A stretch of 64,000 nucleotides of DNA from Gemmatimonadaceae bacterium (GTDB taxonomy: Bacteria; Gemmatimonadota; Gemmatimonadetes; Gemmatimonadales; Gemmatimonadaceae), in contig JBHYGA010000004.1 of assembly GCA_051859245.1 (NCBI GenBank), forward strand, positions 1-64,000, written 5' to 3'. Made by a program: the position numbers and the translations under genes. The notes under the pieces are model-generated. The model saw nothing but the letters and a program-made list of their open reading frames with translations, made no database searches and was not told where the DNA came from. Within the stretch, counting starts at the first letter, position 1. Each line of letters begins with the position of its first letter. Below are positions 1-10,296 of this stretch, one piece after another.

Positions 1-67
1 AGGCCGAATGGCCAGATGGCCGTGGGCTCCCGCTCAAGGGCCGAATGACCGAATCGGGAACTGCAAC
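1..67. repeat. Partial copy (cut by the window edge) of the intergenic repeat at 9229-9295, in inverted orientation
   Basis: 1-67 matches the reverse complement of 9229-9295 at 59/67 nt, ungapped. Confidence 0.85.
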
Positions 68-82
68 TGCCTCACCTTCGCA

Positions 83-2761
83 CTAACCAGCCGGCCGCAA
101 CAACTCCCGCCACGCCGGCGCATCCCGCAACGGCAACAAATCCGGATCCGACCGCAATCCCGGCCAGTACGCCAAACCTCGACCCAGTGCCTCGCGCAAC
201 AACGCGATCGCGCGATCAATCTCCCCGCGCTGCGCCGCGATCGCGGCACGATCAAGTTGCAATCCGGCCCAGCGCGTTCCACGGGACCAGTCGGGCAATG
301 CATACTGCTGCGCCACAATCCGCTGCTCCCATCGACTCGCTTCGACCGTATCACCGCGCATCGCCGCCAGCACACCGAAGTCGCGCATCAATACACGCGA
401 CTCATCGGCATCACCAATGCCGATGTCGATCAGTGTCGACGTACCAGCACTCGATGTATCCGTGATTGCACGCACGACGCGAAGCGCGCTGTCGTTCTCG
501 CCGAGCATGCGCAGTGAGCGTGCGTATCCGGCACGATTCGTACTCTGTGCGTTGGTGCGATACCATGCCGCACTGCGTGCAACGAGAGAACGTGCGTCCT
601 CGGCTCTGTCCTGCAACACAAACTCCGCCGCCGCAATGCGGTACAGCGCGCCGACCTGCTCACGACTCCGACCCGGTCGTGCATCAACCGCCGTCAATCG
701 GGCGACCACAGAGTCACGATAGCCGAGCGCCGCCAGCGAACGAATTTCGGCGGTCAGGAGCGCGTCGTCGTCTGCATATCGTGACTGTGTTTCGCGCACG
801 GCTTCCAGTGCACCGCGATAGTCGCCTTGCATGAACTTCGTGTACGCCATTTCACGCCAGTACGCGCGCCATCCGCGCAGTTCGCCGTGCTCGGGATTTA
901 ATCCCTGCAACACGCGCAGCGCTTCACCTGGCCTGTTCATCCTGCGTGATGTTTCAGCCACCATGTATTCCACGATGGAACCGGGCGTAATCTTTGCGGT
1001 GCGGGCCACCGCCGTATACACCGACGGAATATCTCCACGCAGCATGCCATCGATCATATCGAGCGTGCCTTGCTCAACCGGCCCAAAGCGATCGCGAGCG
1101 GCTTTCAATGCCTGAACGCGCGCGTAGCTGCTCTGCATGTCACCGCGGTTGGATTCCGCAATGGCGGCAGCAAGTTGGGGCATGCGATAGGTGGTGTCTT
1201 CGCGGTACGCGCGCTCGAACAACTGCAGCGCACCGGAAAGATCACCCTCCACAAATCGGTCAAAGCCACTGAGAAAGTCGCGATACGCGGCGTACGACGG
1301 TGGCGTGCTTGCAAACCGAAAGTGTGTCGTGGAGTCGAGCATCGGCGCGATGCCAGCGAGCAATCGTTCGCGAAGTTGCGACACCGCATTCATGGCGCTG
1401 TCTACCGGCACGCTGACCGTTTCTGCCGGTCGGAGCAACGCTGCGGTTACAGCGTCTGTGAGCCGCGCTTGCAGATGCAGCGTGCCACCTGTGCGGTAGT
1501 AACTGCCAGACACGAGCATGGTCGCGCCTGTCTCGCGTGCGACCGCCTCAAGCTGCGACGGTGCATTGCGATCACCGGCCGCACGCGCGCGCTCAATCAT
1601 CAGCACCGCAGTGCCCGGCACCACCGCGAGACCCTCAACGCGCGAAAAGCCCTCAGTAATCCAGTCGGCTGCCATTCGACCAAGCGCATCGAGACTCGCG
1701 TCTCCCGTCTCGTTCACAAATGGCGTAACGAGTACACGCGGCGCCGTGCCAGCGCTCGGCGCGTTCAGCGCCATGGTCTGCCCGTTTGTAGTCTTTGCTG
1801 CTGGATCCTGAGCAAGGCGTACATACCAGACCAACGCTGCAGCGAGCGCGCCTGCACCAACGAGCCATGGCAACCAACGCGACGCTGTGCTTGTCGATGG
1901 CGCTGTCGCCGATGCTGCGCGTGACGCTGGCGCAGTATCCAGTGTCGTAGTTGCCGCTGACGCTGTTACCGCTGAGGAAGCGGCCTTCGGAGTGTTTGCC
2001 GATTCGGCTCCCGCGCGCTGGGCATCCTCACGCGCAGCGGTTCGAGAACGGATCGCCTGTACGGCCGCCACCGTTTCGGGCGCCGGCTCCAGATCCAATT
2101 CGTCGCGCAAGCGTCTTTCAAACGATTCGTACCCACGAAGCGCACCGGAACGATCACCGTTCGCATCAAGCGCCTGTAGCAGCACAACCAGCGCGCGCTC
2201 ATCGAGCGGTGCGAGATCATGCGCACGCTGCGCGAACGCAAGCGCATTCGCATCACCGCGATCGAACGCCTGCTGCGCGAGCGTCAGCGCCGCCGCACCA
2301 ACATCACGCGCGATCAGTGAACGCGTGTCCTCCAACCATCGATCAAAGCGCGGTACATCGTCAACGGCAAACCCCGCCATGAACTCGCCGTGGTACAGCG
2401 CGAGTGCGCCCGATACGTCTTGCGCCGCAAGACACGCACGCATCGCGTGGACATCCGTGTGCAGACGCAACGCATCGATCGATACATCGTCGTCGCCCAT
2501 CGTTACGATGGTCTCATCACCCACCGCACGTCGTAAGAACGCCAGGGTTTGACGCAGCGAGGTGCGGGCGCGATCCATGTCCACGTCGGGCCAGAACATT
2601 TCGCACAACGTTTCGCGTCGTACCACGCCGCGGCTGCTGGCGATCGCGAGATACACCAGCACGCCGAGACGCTTGGGTTGCGCGAGCAGTGTGGCGACCG
2701 GCGCGCCGTCGGGGCCGGTCAGGCCAATGCGACCAAGTGTGGTCAGCTCGAAGACGCGCAC
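83..2761 (-). CDS. Membrane-anchored SARP-type regulator: N-terminal DNA-binding + BTAD domain, one TM helix, TolB-N-like and TPR C-terminus
   Basis: Motifs QPKRLGVLVYLA, RETLCEMFWPD, SLRQTL, PLDERA and L..ELDLEP; TM segment WLPWLVGAGALAAALVWYV; VLVTPFVN..GD; helical repeats ending SDPDLLPLR. Confidence 0.85.
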   Translation of the reverse strand: MRVFELTTLGRIGLTGPDGAPVATLLAQPKRLGVLVYLAIASSRGVVRRETLCEMFWPDVDMDRARTSLRQTLAFLRRAVGDETIVTMGDDDVSIDALRLHTDVHAMRACLAAQDVSGALALYHGEFMAGFAVDDVPRFDRWLEDTRSLIARDVGAAALTLAQQAFDRGDANALAFAQRAHDLAPLDERALVVLLQALDANGDRSGALRGYESFERRLRDELDLEPAPETVAAVQAIRSRTAAREDAQRAGAESANTPKAASSAVTASAATTTLDTAPASRAASATAPSTSTASRWLPWLVGAGALAAALVWYVRLAQDPAAKTTNGQTMALNAPSAGTAPRVLVTPFVNETGDASLDALGRMAADWITEGFSRVEGLAVVPGTAVLMIERARAAGDRNAPSQLEAVARETGATMLVSGSYYRTGGTLHLQARLTDAVTAALLRPAETVSVPVDSAMNAVSQLRERLLAGIAPMLDSTTHFRFASTPPSYAAYRDFLSGFDRFVEGDLSGALQLFERAYREDTTYRMPQLAAAIAESNRGDMQSSYARVQALKAARDRFGPVEQGTLDMIDGMLRGDIPSVYTAVARTAKITPGSIVEYMVAETSRRMNRPGEALRVLQGLNPEHGELRGWRAYWREMAYTKFMQGDYRGALEAVRETQSRYADDDALLTAEIRSLAALGYRDSVVARLTAVDARPGRSREQVGALYRIAAAEFVLQDRAEDARSLVARSAAWYRTNAQSTNRAGYARSLRMLGENDSALRVVRAITDTSSAGTSTLIDIGIGDADESRVLMRDFGVLAAMRGDTVEASRWEQRIVAQQYALPDWSRGTRWAGLQLDRAAIAAQRGEIDRAIALLREALGRGLAYWPGLRSDPDLLPLRDAPAWRELLRPAG

Positions 2762-2779
2762 GGTGTGGATTCAGCTAGC

Positions 2780-3358
2780 TCAGCTGCAGCCTTCCACGTA
2801 TTCCACCGCCGGCACGCGGCCGGAGCGGAACATGGTCACGTTCTGCCCGTCCGTTTCAAAGACGATTTTGTACATCGTGTCTGGCGGCGCGAACGCCGTC
2901 ATGTACTTGCCGGTTGTGTACTTGTGCGGACCCACCATGACGCGGGTTGCGTAGAGTGAGTTGATCCGACCCTCGGCATCGCCAATCTTCGCGCCCTCCG
3001 CCGTGGTCACGCTGCCTGATAGCACTTCCACCCGAACCACCGTGTCGCGCTCGACCATCACACGCACGCCCGCTGGCGCCGCGGCCCACTCGGCGTAGCT
3101 GCAGTCAGGCGACGCCCCGGCTGCCAGCGTGATCGGGCTGCCAACCGCGGCTGAGGCCTCGGCGAGTGACTGGCCGGCCAGCAGCGGGCCAAAGCCCTGT
3201 GGCGTGATGCGCCAGCCGTCGGGGCCGGCGGTGGCGACGGCCTCACTACCAGCGTCGGCTTTGTCGCCAGAACCGCACGCGGTGAACACGAGGGCGAAGA
3301 GGATCGCGGCGCCCGGTCGCACACGATGCAGGGCACGTCTCTGCGATGGAAGGAGCAT
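2780..3358 (-). CDS. Hypothetical lipoprotein
   Basis: Lipobox-like LVFTAC; coding-like ORF in line with the downstream gene. Confidence 0.7.
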   Translation of the reverse strand: MLLPSQRRALHRVRPGAAILFALVFTACGSGDKADAGSEAVATAGPDGWRITPQGFGPLLAGQSLAEASAAVGSPITLAAGASPDCSYAEWAAAPAGVRVMVERDTVVRVEVLSGSVTTAEGAKIGDAEGRINSLYATRVMVGPHKYTTGKYMTAFAPPDTMYKIVFETDGQNVTMFRSGRVPAVEYVEGCS

Positions 3359-3482
3359 ACGAAGTAGTTCATTGGTGAACGGAGGGCTCGACCGGCGGTG
3401 CCCGAAACTTGCGCCGCGTGGTCACTCGTAGGGAACATACATGCACTGCGCACTGCCTTGCGCGCTAGCCACTTAACGGGAG

Positions 3483-4172
3483 TTGGTTGTGAACGCACCG
3501 CGGCGCTTCGATGAACGGGAAATCGCGCTCATCTTTGAGCAGGCCAACGCCGCGCAGGAATCGCGTGTGACCGTGGCCGAGCAGTCCAACGGCCTCACGC
3601 TCGATCAGTTGCATGATATCGGCCGCGATGTGGGGCTCTCGCCCGAGCATATCACGCGGGCGGCGAACGCCGTCGCGCGCGGGGATCTGGTCCCCACGGC
3701 TCGCCGTACATGGATGGGCCTCCCGGTCGGCGTATCGCGTACCATCGAGTTCAACCGCCCGGTGACAGACGCCGAGTGGAATCAGCTCGTGACTACATTG
3801 CGCGAGACGTTTGACGCGCGCGGGAAAATCACGAACGAGGGACCGTTCCGTCAATGGCACAACGGCAACCTGCAGGCGTTGCTTGAACCCACAAGCACGG
3901 GGCATCGGTTGCGCCTCACTACGAAAAAAGGCGACGCACCGGTGCGATTGTTGGTGGGCGCGATGTATCTCTTCCTCGCGGCCCTTTTTGCCGGACTCGT
4001 GAGCGTAGGCGCGGTCGGCGACAAGGCGAACATCGGCGTGCTGCTTTTCAGCATCGTGGGCGTTGGCGCGTTGGCGTCAGCCTACATCGGCCTGCCGCGC
4101 TGGGCCAAAGTGCGTGCGTCGCAAATGGAGGCGATCGCCGCGCACTCGGCGGAGCTCAATACGGGGCGCTAG
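3483..4172 (+). CDS. Hypothetical membrane protein (soluble N-terminus, 2 C-terminal TM helices)
   Basis: 229-aa ORF with host-like codon usage and two hydrophobic segments; start uncertain. Confidence 0.7.
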   Translation: MVVNAPRRFDEREIALIFEQANAAQESRVTVAEQSNGLTLDQLHDIGRDVGLSPEHITRAANAVARGDLVPTARRTWMGLPVGVSRTIEFNRPVTDAEWNQLVTTLRETFDARGKITNEGPFRQWHNGNLQALLEPTSTGHRLRLTTKKGDAPVRLLVGAMYLFLAALFAGLVSVGAVGDKANIGVLLFSIVGVGALASAYIGLPRWAKVRASQMEAIAAHSAELNTGR

Positions 4173-4201
4173 CGATAGAAACCCCTCTCGCGAGAGCTTC
4201 G

Positions 4202-4267
4202 AACCGAGCGACCTCTGCTTCCTCAGTCTCGATATCGCGAAGACAAAGGTCGCAAAGTCGCTCGGTT
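4202..4267. repeat. Long intergenic hairpin between convergent genes (terminator- or REP-like)
   Basis: AACCGAGCGAC (4202-4212) and GTCGCTCGGTT (4257-4267) form a perfect 11-bp inverted repeat. Confidence 0.6.
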
Positions 4268-4281
4268 TTCAGACGTAACAG

Positions 4282-7200
4282 CTATTGGGCCGCCCCCAAC
4301 CGCGTAAGCGTTGCCGTCAGCTCACGCAACATCCGCTCGTAATACTCACGCTGCGAGCGCTGCTGACCGGTTAACGGCTGCACGGATCCACGCACTTCGC
4401 CGTACAGCCGGTTCACGCGTGAGTTCAGTTCGGTAACCTGCCGCCGCACGTCGGCCAGCTCGTTCGTTCGTGCAGCGCTGGCACCGCGGCTGGCGTTGTT
4501 CACGCGCGTTGCGAGCGCCTGCGTGTTAGTGCGAAGCGTTTGCAGATCGAACAGTGACTTCGTCCATTCTTCACGAACGGCAACAGTGACCGTGCTGCGC
4601 GGATCGTCGCGCACCTCAAGCGATGCCGTTGCGGTTGCACCACCCGCCGTAATGCGCACCGTGTACGTACCCGGCTCCACTGGCGGACCGGCCGGTGCGC
4701 GCGATGCGTCCTGGTTGGGCGACGCGTACGCCATGTTCCACATGGTGCGATTCACACCCGGCTTTGCGACAACTCGCATTGTCGCAACGGCAGCGCCCTG
4801 CGACGACTCGATCTGCACCTCGACGTTGCCGGATTGTGCGACGTGGAAGTCAATAATGGCGCCCTCAGCAGGGTTCTCGCCCTGATAGAACATGTCACCC
4901 ACGTGTCCGAGTTCATCGCGATAGCGAATCTGCTCGGCGGGACGCGTGCTGAACACATGCACGGGCTTCATAGCAATCGCCGGGGTGAGCTCACGCAGAG
5001 CGCGCACGTTATCGAGAATCCACACACCACGTGAGTGCGTGCCGACCACCAGATCGTGCTCGCGCGGATGAATGAACAAATCGTTGAACGCCATCGTGGG
5101 CATGCCGCCCCTGAGCTCGGCCCACGTAGCACCACGATCATTTGACCAGAACAAACCGATCTCGGTGCCAAGAAAGAGCACGTCAGGATTCGTCAGATCT
5201 TCGCGCAGTGTGCGCGCGACACGATTGGCCGGCAAACCGGCATCAATGCGCTGCCACGTGGCACCGTTGTCGTCGGTGCGATACACATAGTTCGCAAAGT
5301 CGCCGTTGCGATAGTTATTGGCGACGACATACGTGCGCGCATCGGCATGACGCGACGTTTCAATGCCACTGATCCACGCATTGCGCGGCAATCCTGGCAA
5401 CTTGCCCGCGAACTCTGTCCAGTTCTTTCCGCCGTCGCTGCTGCGCTGAATGTTGCCATCATCGGTACCAACCCACAGCACATCGCGCGCACGCGGCGAT
5501 TCCGCAATCGCGGACACCGCTGGCCAGTACGGCACACCATCGTCAAGCGACAGCGTGTTGGCGCGCGGTGGCTGCCCCATGATGGGCAGCGTGCGACGAT
5601 CAACGCCCGTAGTGCGATCGCCGAGTGCCGTCCAGTTGTTACCGCGATCCGTACTCTTCCAGAGAATGTTCGTACCAGCGTAGATCGTATTCGTATTGTG
5701 GTGCGAGATCAGAATCGGCGCGTCCCAGTTGGCAGGCGCCATTGCATTGCCGAGCGGTTGCTCCGGCGCGTTCATGTCACCCCAGGTGGTCCAGTTGCGA
5801 CGTCCACCAATTGCACCCTGACTGTCGCCGGGACGAATGTCCGTACTTTCCCCGGTGACCATATCAACGCGTGACAATCCGAGAAACTGCGAGCTTGTAT
5901 AAAGCGTTCGGTTGTCGCTTGTGTCGACAAGATTGAAGAATCCATCGCCACCACCCCACTTGATCCAGTCGGCGTTCGTGATCCCTTCGCGGCGATACGT
6001 CGCACTCGGCCCGGACCAGGAGCCGTTGTCCTGCAGCCCGCCGTACACGGTGTACGGTTTCTTCATATCAAACGACACGCGGTACCACTGACTCACCGAC
6101 AAGTTTGACACGTACAACCATGTGCGCGCTTTGTCGTAGCTGATGCCAATACCACCGTCATCCGCCTTGATCAGATGATTGGAGTTGGCAGGGTTGATCC
6201 ACATGAACCGGTCGTCACCGTGCAGTGTCTGCCGCAGCGAGCGCGATGTCTTGCCGCAATCGCTGCTGCCCGAGAAAAAGTTCATCATGTAGATCGTGCA
6301 GTGATCATTCGGATCAACAATGATCTGGCTCGCGTACATCGGGCGCGGATTCCACGTGCTCATCTGCTCCCAAGTAGTGCCCGCGTCCATCGAGCGGTAC
6401 AATCCCGCGAGCGGCTCCTCGTACGCCGTGCTTGCGGTGTAGCGCAGCCCCTGCTCAATGCTGGCGTACACGATGTTCGGATCTTTCGCGTAGATCGCAA
6501 TGCCGATGCGTCCGAAGTCTCCAGCCGGCAAGCCATTGGTCAGTTTCTGCCAGCTGTCTCCACCATCAGTGCTCTTCCAAAGGGCGCTTCCTGGTCCGCC
6601 ACCGTTGAATCCGAACGCGGTGCGACGACGCTGATAGGACGCGGCATACAACACATTCGGATTACCCGGATGCATGGCAACATCGGTGACGCCGGTGTTC
6701 TCGTCGACTTTGAGCACCTGTTGCCAGGTGGTGCCGCCATCAGTCGTGCGATACAATCCGCGCTCTGCGTTCGGCCCCCACAGCTGACCGATCGCGGCCA
6801 CAAACACACGATTCGCATCTGTTGGGTGCAGCACGATGCGTCCGATGTGCCCTGACGCTTTGAGGCCGACATTGCGCCAGGTGGTGCCACCGTCTGTGCT
6901 CTTGTACACGCCGTCGCCCCAGCCGGAGCTTTGACGGTTGGCGCGTTCTCCAGTGCCGAGCCACACAATGCTCGTGTCGCGCTGATTCAGCGCAATCGCA
7001 CCGAGAGAATGCGTGGCTTCATTGTTGAACAGGGCGGTAAAGCTCACGCCATTGTTCGTGGTTTTGTACAGACCACCCGTACTCGACGCGGCGTAGAACA
7101 CATGCGGCTGCGCTTCGTACACGGCGAGATCGACAAAGCGTCCGCTCATTGCGGCCGAGCCGATGGTACGGAAACGCAGTGCCTCCGTTACAGCGGAGGA

Positions 7201-7293
7201 CGGCGTTTGGGCAACCACGAGTGCGGTGCTGAACGGCGACAGCACGAGCGCGCCGAGCAGCGCGGTGCGGCGAGAAGTAGTAGAACGAATCAT
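4282..7293 (-). CDS. Secreted VPS10/sortilin-like BNR (Asp-box) repeat beta-propeller protein
   Basis: Signal peptide; many S/T-x-D-G-G-x-T/S-W Asp boxes; YGGLQDNGSW, GGGDG and THSRG motifs; coiled-coil C-terminus. Confidence 0.88.
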   Translation of the reverse strand: MIRSTTSRRTALLGALVLSPFSTALVVAQTPSSAVTEALRFRTIGSAAMSGRFVDLAVYEAQPHVFYAASSTGGLYKTTNNGVSFTALFNNEATHSLGAIALNQRDTSIVWLGTGERANRQSSGWGDGVYKSTDGGTTWRNVGLKASGHIGRIVLHPTDANRVFVAAIGQLWGPNAERGLYRTTDGGTTWQQVLKVDENTGVTDVAMHPGNPNVLYAASYQRRRTAFGFNGGGPGSALWKSTDGGDSWQKLTNGLPAGDFGRIGIAIYAKDPNIVYASIEQGLRYTASTAYEEPLAGLYRSMDAGTTWEQMSTWNPRPMYASQIIVDPNDHCTIYMMNFFSGSSDCGKTSRSLRQTLHGDDRFMWINPANSNHLIKADDGGIGISYDKARTWLYVSNLSVSQWYRVSFDMKKPYTVYGGLQDNGSWSGPSATYRREGITNADWIKWGGGDGFFNLVDTSDNRTLYTSSQFLGLSRVDMVTGESTDIRPGDSQGAIGGRRNWTTWGDMNAPEQPLGNAMAPANWDAPILISHHNTNTIYAGTNILWKSTDRGNNWTALGDRTTGVDRRTLPIMGQPPRANTLSLDDGVPYWPAVSAIAESPRARDVLWVGTDDGNIQRSSDGGKNWTEFAGKLPGLPRNAWISGIETSRHADARTYVVANNYRNGDFANYVYRTDDNGATWQRIDAGLPANRVARTLREDLTNPDVLFLGTEIGLFWSNDRGATWAELRGGMPTMAFNDLFIHPREHDLVVGTHSRGVWILDNVRALRELTPAIAMKPVHVFSTRPAEQIRYRDELGHVGDMFYQGENPAEGAIIDFHVAQSGNVEVQIESSQGAAVATMRVVAKPGVNRTMWNMAYASPNQDASRAPAGPPVEPGTYTVRITAGGATATASLEVRDDPRSTVTVAVREEWTKSLFDLQTLRTNTQALATRVNNASRGASAARTNELADVRRQVTELNSRVNRLYGEVRGSVQPLTGQQRSQREYYERMLRELTATLTRLGAAQ

Positions 7294-7382
7294 GAGGCGG
7301 GGAGCAGTGTGGAAGGGTTACTCCCATTCTGCGCCTCGCGCCACAAATCGCAAGCGCTACCGACGCATTGCCTGTGTCAGAC

Positions 7383-7676
7383 TCAAACGGTGCCTTCTTC
7401 GATCGACAGCTCGCTCTCCACGTCAGTCACGCCACGTACACCGCGCGCGGCTTCTTCGGCCGCCAGCTGCGTCTTACGGTCTGGCACCGATCCGGTCAAT
7501 GTGACCTCGCCCTCTTCAACCGCAACTTCGACTGCGTCGTCGCGCACTTCGGCGATCTCGCTCAAGGCATCGAGCACCTCATCACGAATGGGCTCGTCGG
7601 CACGGTGAAGCTCTTCGCTGAGAATCGGATCTGGCGTGGTCATGGCAGGCACCTGAAGATGAAAGATCGTCGGCAC
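7383..7676 (-). CDS. BON domain protein
   Basis: VEVAVEEGEVTLTGSVP...AARGVRGVTDVESELSI; start may be the second Met. Confidence 0.8.
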   Translation of the reverse strand: MPTIFHLQVPAMTTPDPILSEELHRADEPIRDEVLDALSEIAEVRDDAVEVAVEEGEVTLTGSVPDRKTQLAAEEAARGVRGVTDVESELSIEEGTV

Positions 7677-7773
7677 ACTGTTCGCGCGCCGAGTACTCTT
7701 TAATCTCCATGATGCGAGACTGAGACGTTATCCGTCGCAGGTATGAGCGCAGTGTCGCTCGTTTGAGCGATGT

Positions 7774-8814
7774 CTACGCCGTGGCCACCGCCACGGCTTT
7801 ACGAACCGCTGGCGCGACGACCGTGCCGTACAGCTCAATGCAACGCATCACGTCGGTGTGCTGCATGGGTCCGAGGGTGAACTGAATCAGCATGCGATCG
7901 TGCTTGAAGAGTTCGTGCTCGAAGAGAATTTTGTCGATGACTTGCTGCGGCGAGCCAACAAGCAGCGCACCGCTGAGCGTTCGCTCCGCGTCAAACTGGC
8001 GCCTCGTTGGTGGCGGCCAGCCGCGCTCGCGACCAATGCGCCCCATGGTTTCCAGATAGGGCGGCAACGCGAGTTCGACGGCGCGATCTTCGGCATCCGC
8101 AATGAATCCGTGCGAGTTGATGCTCACCTTGCCAACGGAGGCATCGTGTCCGGCGCGTTCGAGCGTTTCTCGGTATAGATCAACAAACGGTACGAATCGC
8201 TCCGGTGCGCCGCCAATGATGGCCAGCGCAAGCGGAATGCCCAGGGTGCCGGCGCGCACAACAGACTGGGGTGTGCCACCAACAGCAATCCAGACAGGAA
8301 GTGGTTGCTGTACCGGGCGTGGATACACGCCACGATTATCAATCGACGCGCGATGTTTGCCTTTCCACGTGATGTACTCTGCATCACGCAGTTTGAGCAG
8401 CAGCTCAAGTTTTTCGGTGAACAGTTCGTTGTAGTCGTTCAGATCCTGTCCGAACAACGGATACGACTCAATGAAACTGCCTCGGCCCGCCGTGATTTCG
8501 GCGCGGCCGTTGGAGATCGCATCAAGCGTGGCGAAGTCCTGAAACACGCGCACCGGATCGTCAGAGCTCAGTACGGTGACGGCGCTTGTCAGAGTAATTC
8601 GTTGTGTTCGCGCAGCCGCGGCGGCCAACACGACGGCGGGCGATGAGACGGCGTAGTCTGCACGATGATGTTCACCCACACCGAACACATCGAGCCCAAC
8701 CTGATCGGCCAGCTCGATCTCTTCGATGAGGTCGCGCAGGCGCTGTGCGGAGACAGCGGGATCGTGCGTCGCGCGGGGATCTGTTTCGCCAAATGAATAG
8801 ATGCCGAGTTGCAT
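7774..8814 (-). CDS. LLM-class (luciferase-like) flavin-dependent oxidoreductase
   Basis: [33 protein letters not shown] and VGGTPQS motifs. Confidence 0.92.
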   Translation of the reverse strand: MQLGIYSFGETDPRATHDPAVSAQRLRDLIEEIELADQVGLDVFGVGEHHRADYAVSSPAVVLAAAAARTQRITLTSAVTVLSSDDPVRVFQDFATLDAISNGRAEITAGRGSFIESYPLFGQDLNDYNELFTEKLELLLKLRDAEYITWKGKHRASIDNRGVYPRPVQQPLPVWIAVGGTPQSVVRAGTLGIPLALAIIGGAPERFVPFVDLYRETLERAGHDASVGKVSINSHGFIADAEDRAVELALPPYLETMGRIGRERGWPPPTRRQFDAERTLSGALLVGSPQQVIDKILFEHELFKHDRMLIQFTLGPMQHTDVMRCIELYGTVVAPAVRKAVAVATA

Positions 8815-8950
8815 GCGTCAAAGCTGATCGTGGGGCATGGATCGTGCCAGCCGAGCGGGTACCCGCAGCCAGGCGTGCGAAACCTGCGCCTGCGGCGGAC
8901 GCGTAGTGCTCTCAGCCTCGTGACTGCCTCCCTCTGCACCCGAGCCTGCC

Positions 8951-9211
8951 ATGTCCAGCGCCGCCCCCGAGCCGCAACCGTTCGGCCACCGTCCGCCGCC
9001 GCCGCGCGTGCCGCCAACTGCCGTCGGTACACAAACGCCAGAACCTCCGCGTCCGCCGCGCGTGTACCGGGATAGAAGCTCGTGGTACGATCGCCAGCCG
9101 CGAGTGATTCGGGGGGCGCTCAACGTCGTGCGCGTGGTGGAGGTCGCGATCTTCGGACGGCAGCGACGGGTCGGACCGGCGCAGGGGTGGTGGAATCAGA
9201 TCAGGGAGTGA
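8951..9211 (+). CDS. Small proline-rich hypothetical protein
   Basis: 86-aa ATG ORF filling the gap between genes; no recognisable motif. Confidence 0.35.
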   Translation: MSSAAPEPQPFGHRPPPPRVPPTAVGTQTPEPPRPPRVYRDRSSWYDRQPRVIRGALNVVRVVEVAIFGRQRRVGPAQGWWNQIRE

Positions 9212-9225
9212 GGAGCGTTCATGTG

Positions 9226-9421
9226 GTTGTTGCAGTTCCTGATTCGGTCATTCGGCCCAGTAGACGGAGCCCATGGCCATCTGGCCTTTCGGCCTCACCG
9301 TTTCGAAAGGTTACACCCAACACTTGGTTCGCACTGAGGAGTTTCGAGTAGCGCCGAACTCGTCAACCAGCTCTTGTGCCCCTTGCGGTCGTACGAAAAT
9401 GAGAGCAGGAACGGCAACAAC
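9226..9421. mobile_element. MITE-like element with 16-bp terminal inverted repeats
   Basis: GTTGTTGCAGTTCCTG (9226-9241) vs CAGGAACGGCAACAAC (9406-9421), 15/16 complementary; left arm repeated at 1-67. Confidence 0.55.
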
Positions 9422-9427
9422 ACCCTC

Positions 9428-10240
9428 TTACTTCGTCACCACGATCGCGCGTGCCCCATCACGCGACACCCGCGCGACCCTCCGTAACCGCGCCGAGTCC
9501 GCCGCACCAACGTATGCCTCCGTCACCTGTTCGCTTTCCATTACCCGCGTGAGCTGCGACAGCGATCCGCACACGTATCGGTTGCACAAGTTGGATCGCA
9601 TCGCCCTCGGTAGCGCGCAGCCACCGCGCGTGTGATAGACACACGACGCACGGTAGTGCTGCGCTGGCAAATACGACGCATACAGCGCTGCGAGTGAATC
9701 TGGTGTTGTGGCAACGCCGTCCTGCTCGAGCTGTGCACGTACTCGCGTGATGCTATCCGCCTGCAAGAATGCGTGTGTGCCGCCGGAGTTGCAGCACTCA
9801 CCCATGCACGTGGCGCAACTGGCACCCAGTATTTCCGGCAGGTTTGGAATGCGTGCACCGATGGCGCTTGGCGCGTCTGAAAGCGCTTTGGCGCGCGGCG
9901 TGCCGGCATCGGCGCGCGCGGCGTGATCGGCTTCACTCATTGGAGCCGTATTGTCCCGCACGGGCTGCGCAAATGTTTCGTGCAATACACTACGCAACGA
10001 GCCAAGAAATGCAGCGCGCGATTGTTCCGGAAGCGCCGTGATCCGTCGCGTATTGGCCGGCAGCAGAATCACCGGCAGTGCACGCGTGATTGCCGGGACG
10101 TCAACATGGCAATCTGATGATGCGTCCGAAACATCACCCGCCACACGCTGCTCGTCTGCGGCCGCGAGTTCGTGCGCCTGCTGGGTAAATCGCACGTTGC
10201 GCGCGCGCTGCGCTGCAATCGGACCGTCGCGTGGTGGCAT
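9428..10240 (-). CDS. YkgJ/CxxCxxxCC-type cysteine-cluster protein
   Basis: CATCMGECC ... CVYHTRGGCALP...CNRYVC. Confidence 0.7.
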   Translation of the reverse strand: MPPRDGPIAAQRARNVRFTQQAHELAAADEQRVAGDVSDASSDCHVDVPAITRALPVILLPANTRRITALPEQSRAAFLGSLRSVLHETFAQPVRDNTAPMSEADHAARADAGTPRAKALSDAPSAIGARIPNLPEILGASCATCMGECCNSGGTHAFLQADSITRVRAQLEQDGVATTPDSLAALYASYLPAQHYRASCVYHTRGGCALPRAMRSNLCNRYVCGSLSQLTRVMESEQVTEAYVGAADSARLRRVARVSRDGARAIVVTK

Positions 10241-10296
10241 GCGTGAAGCTAATGCAACCCACTACACCACGCGGCGAAGGTCATCCCGCTGTGCTG

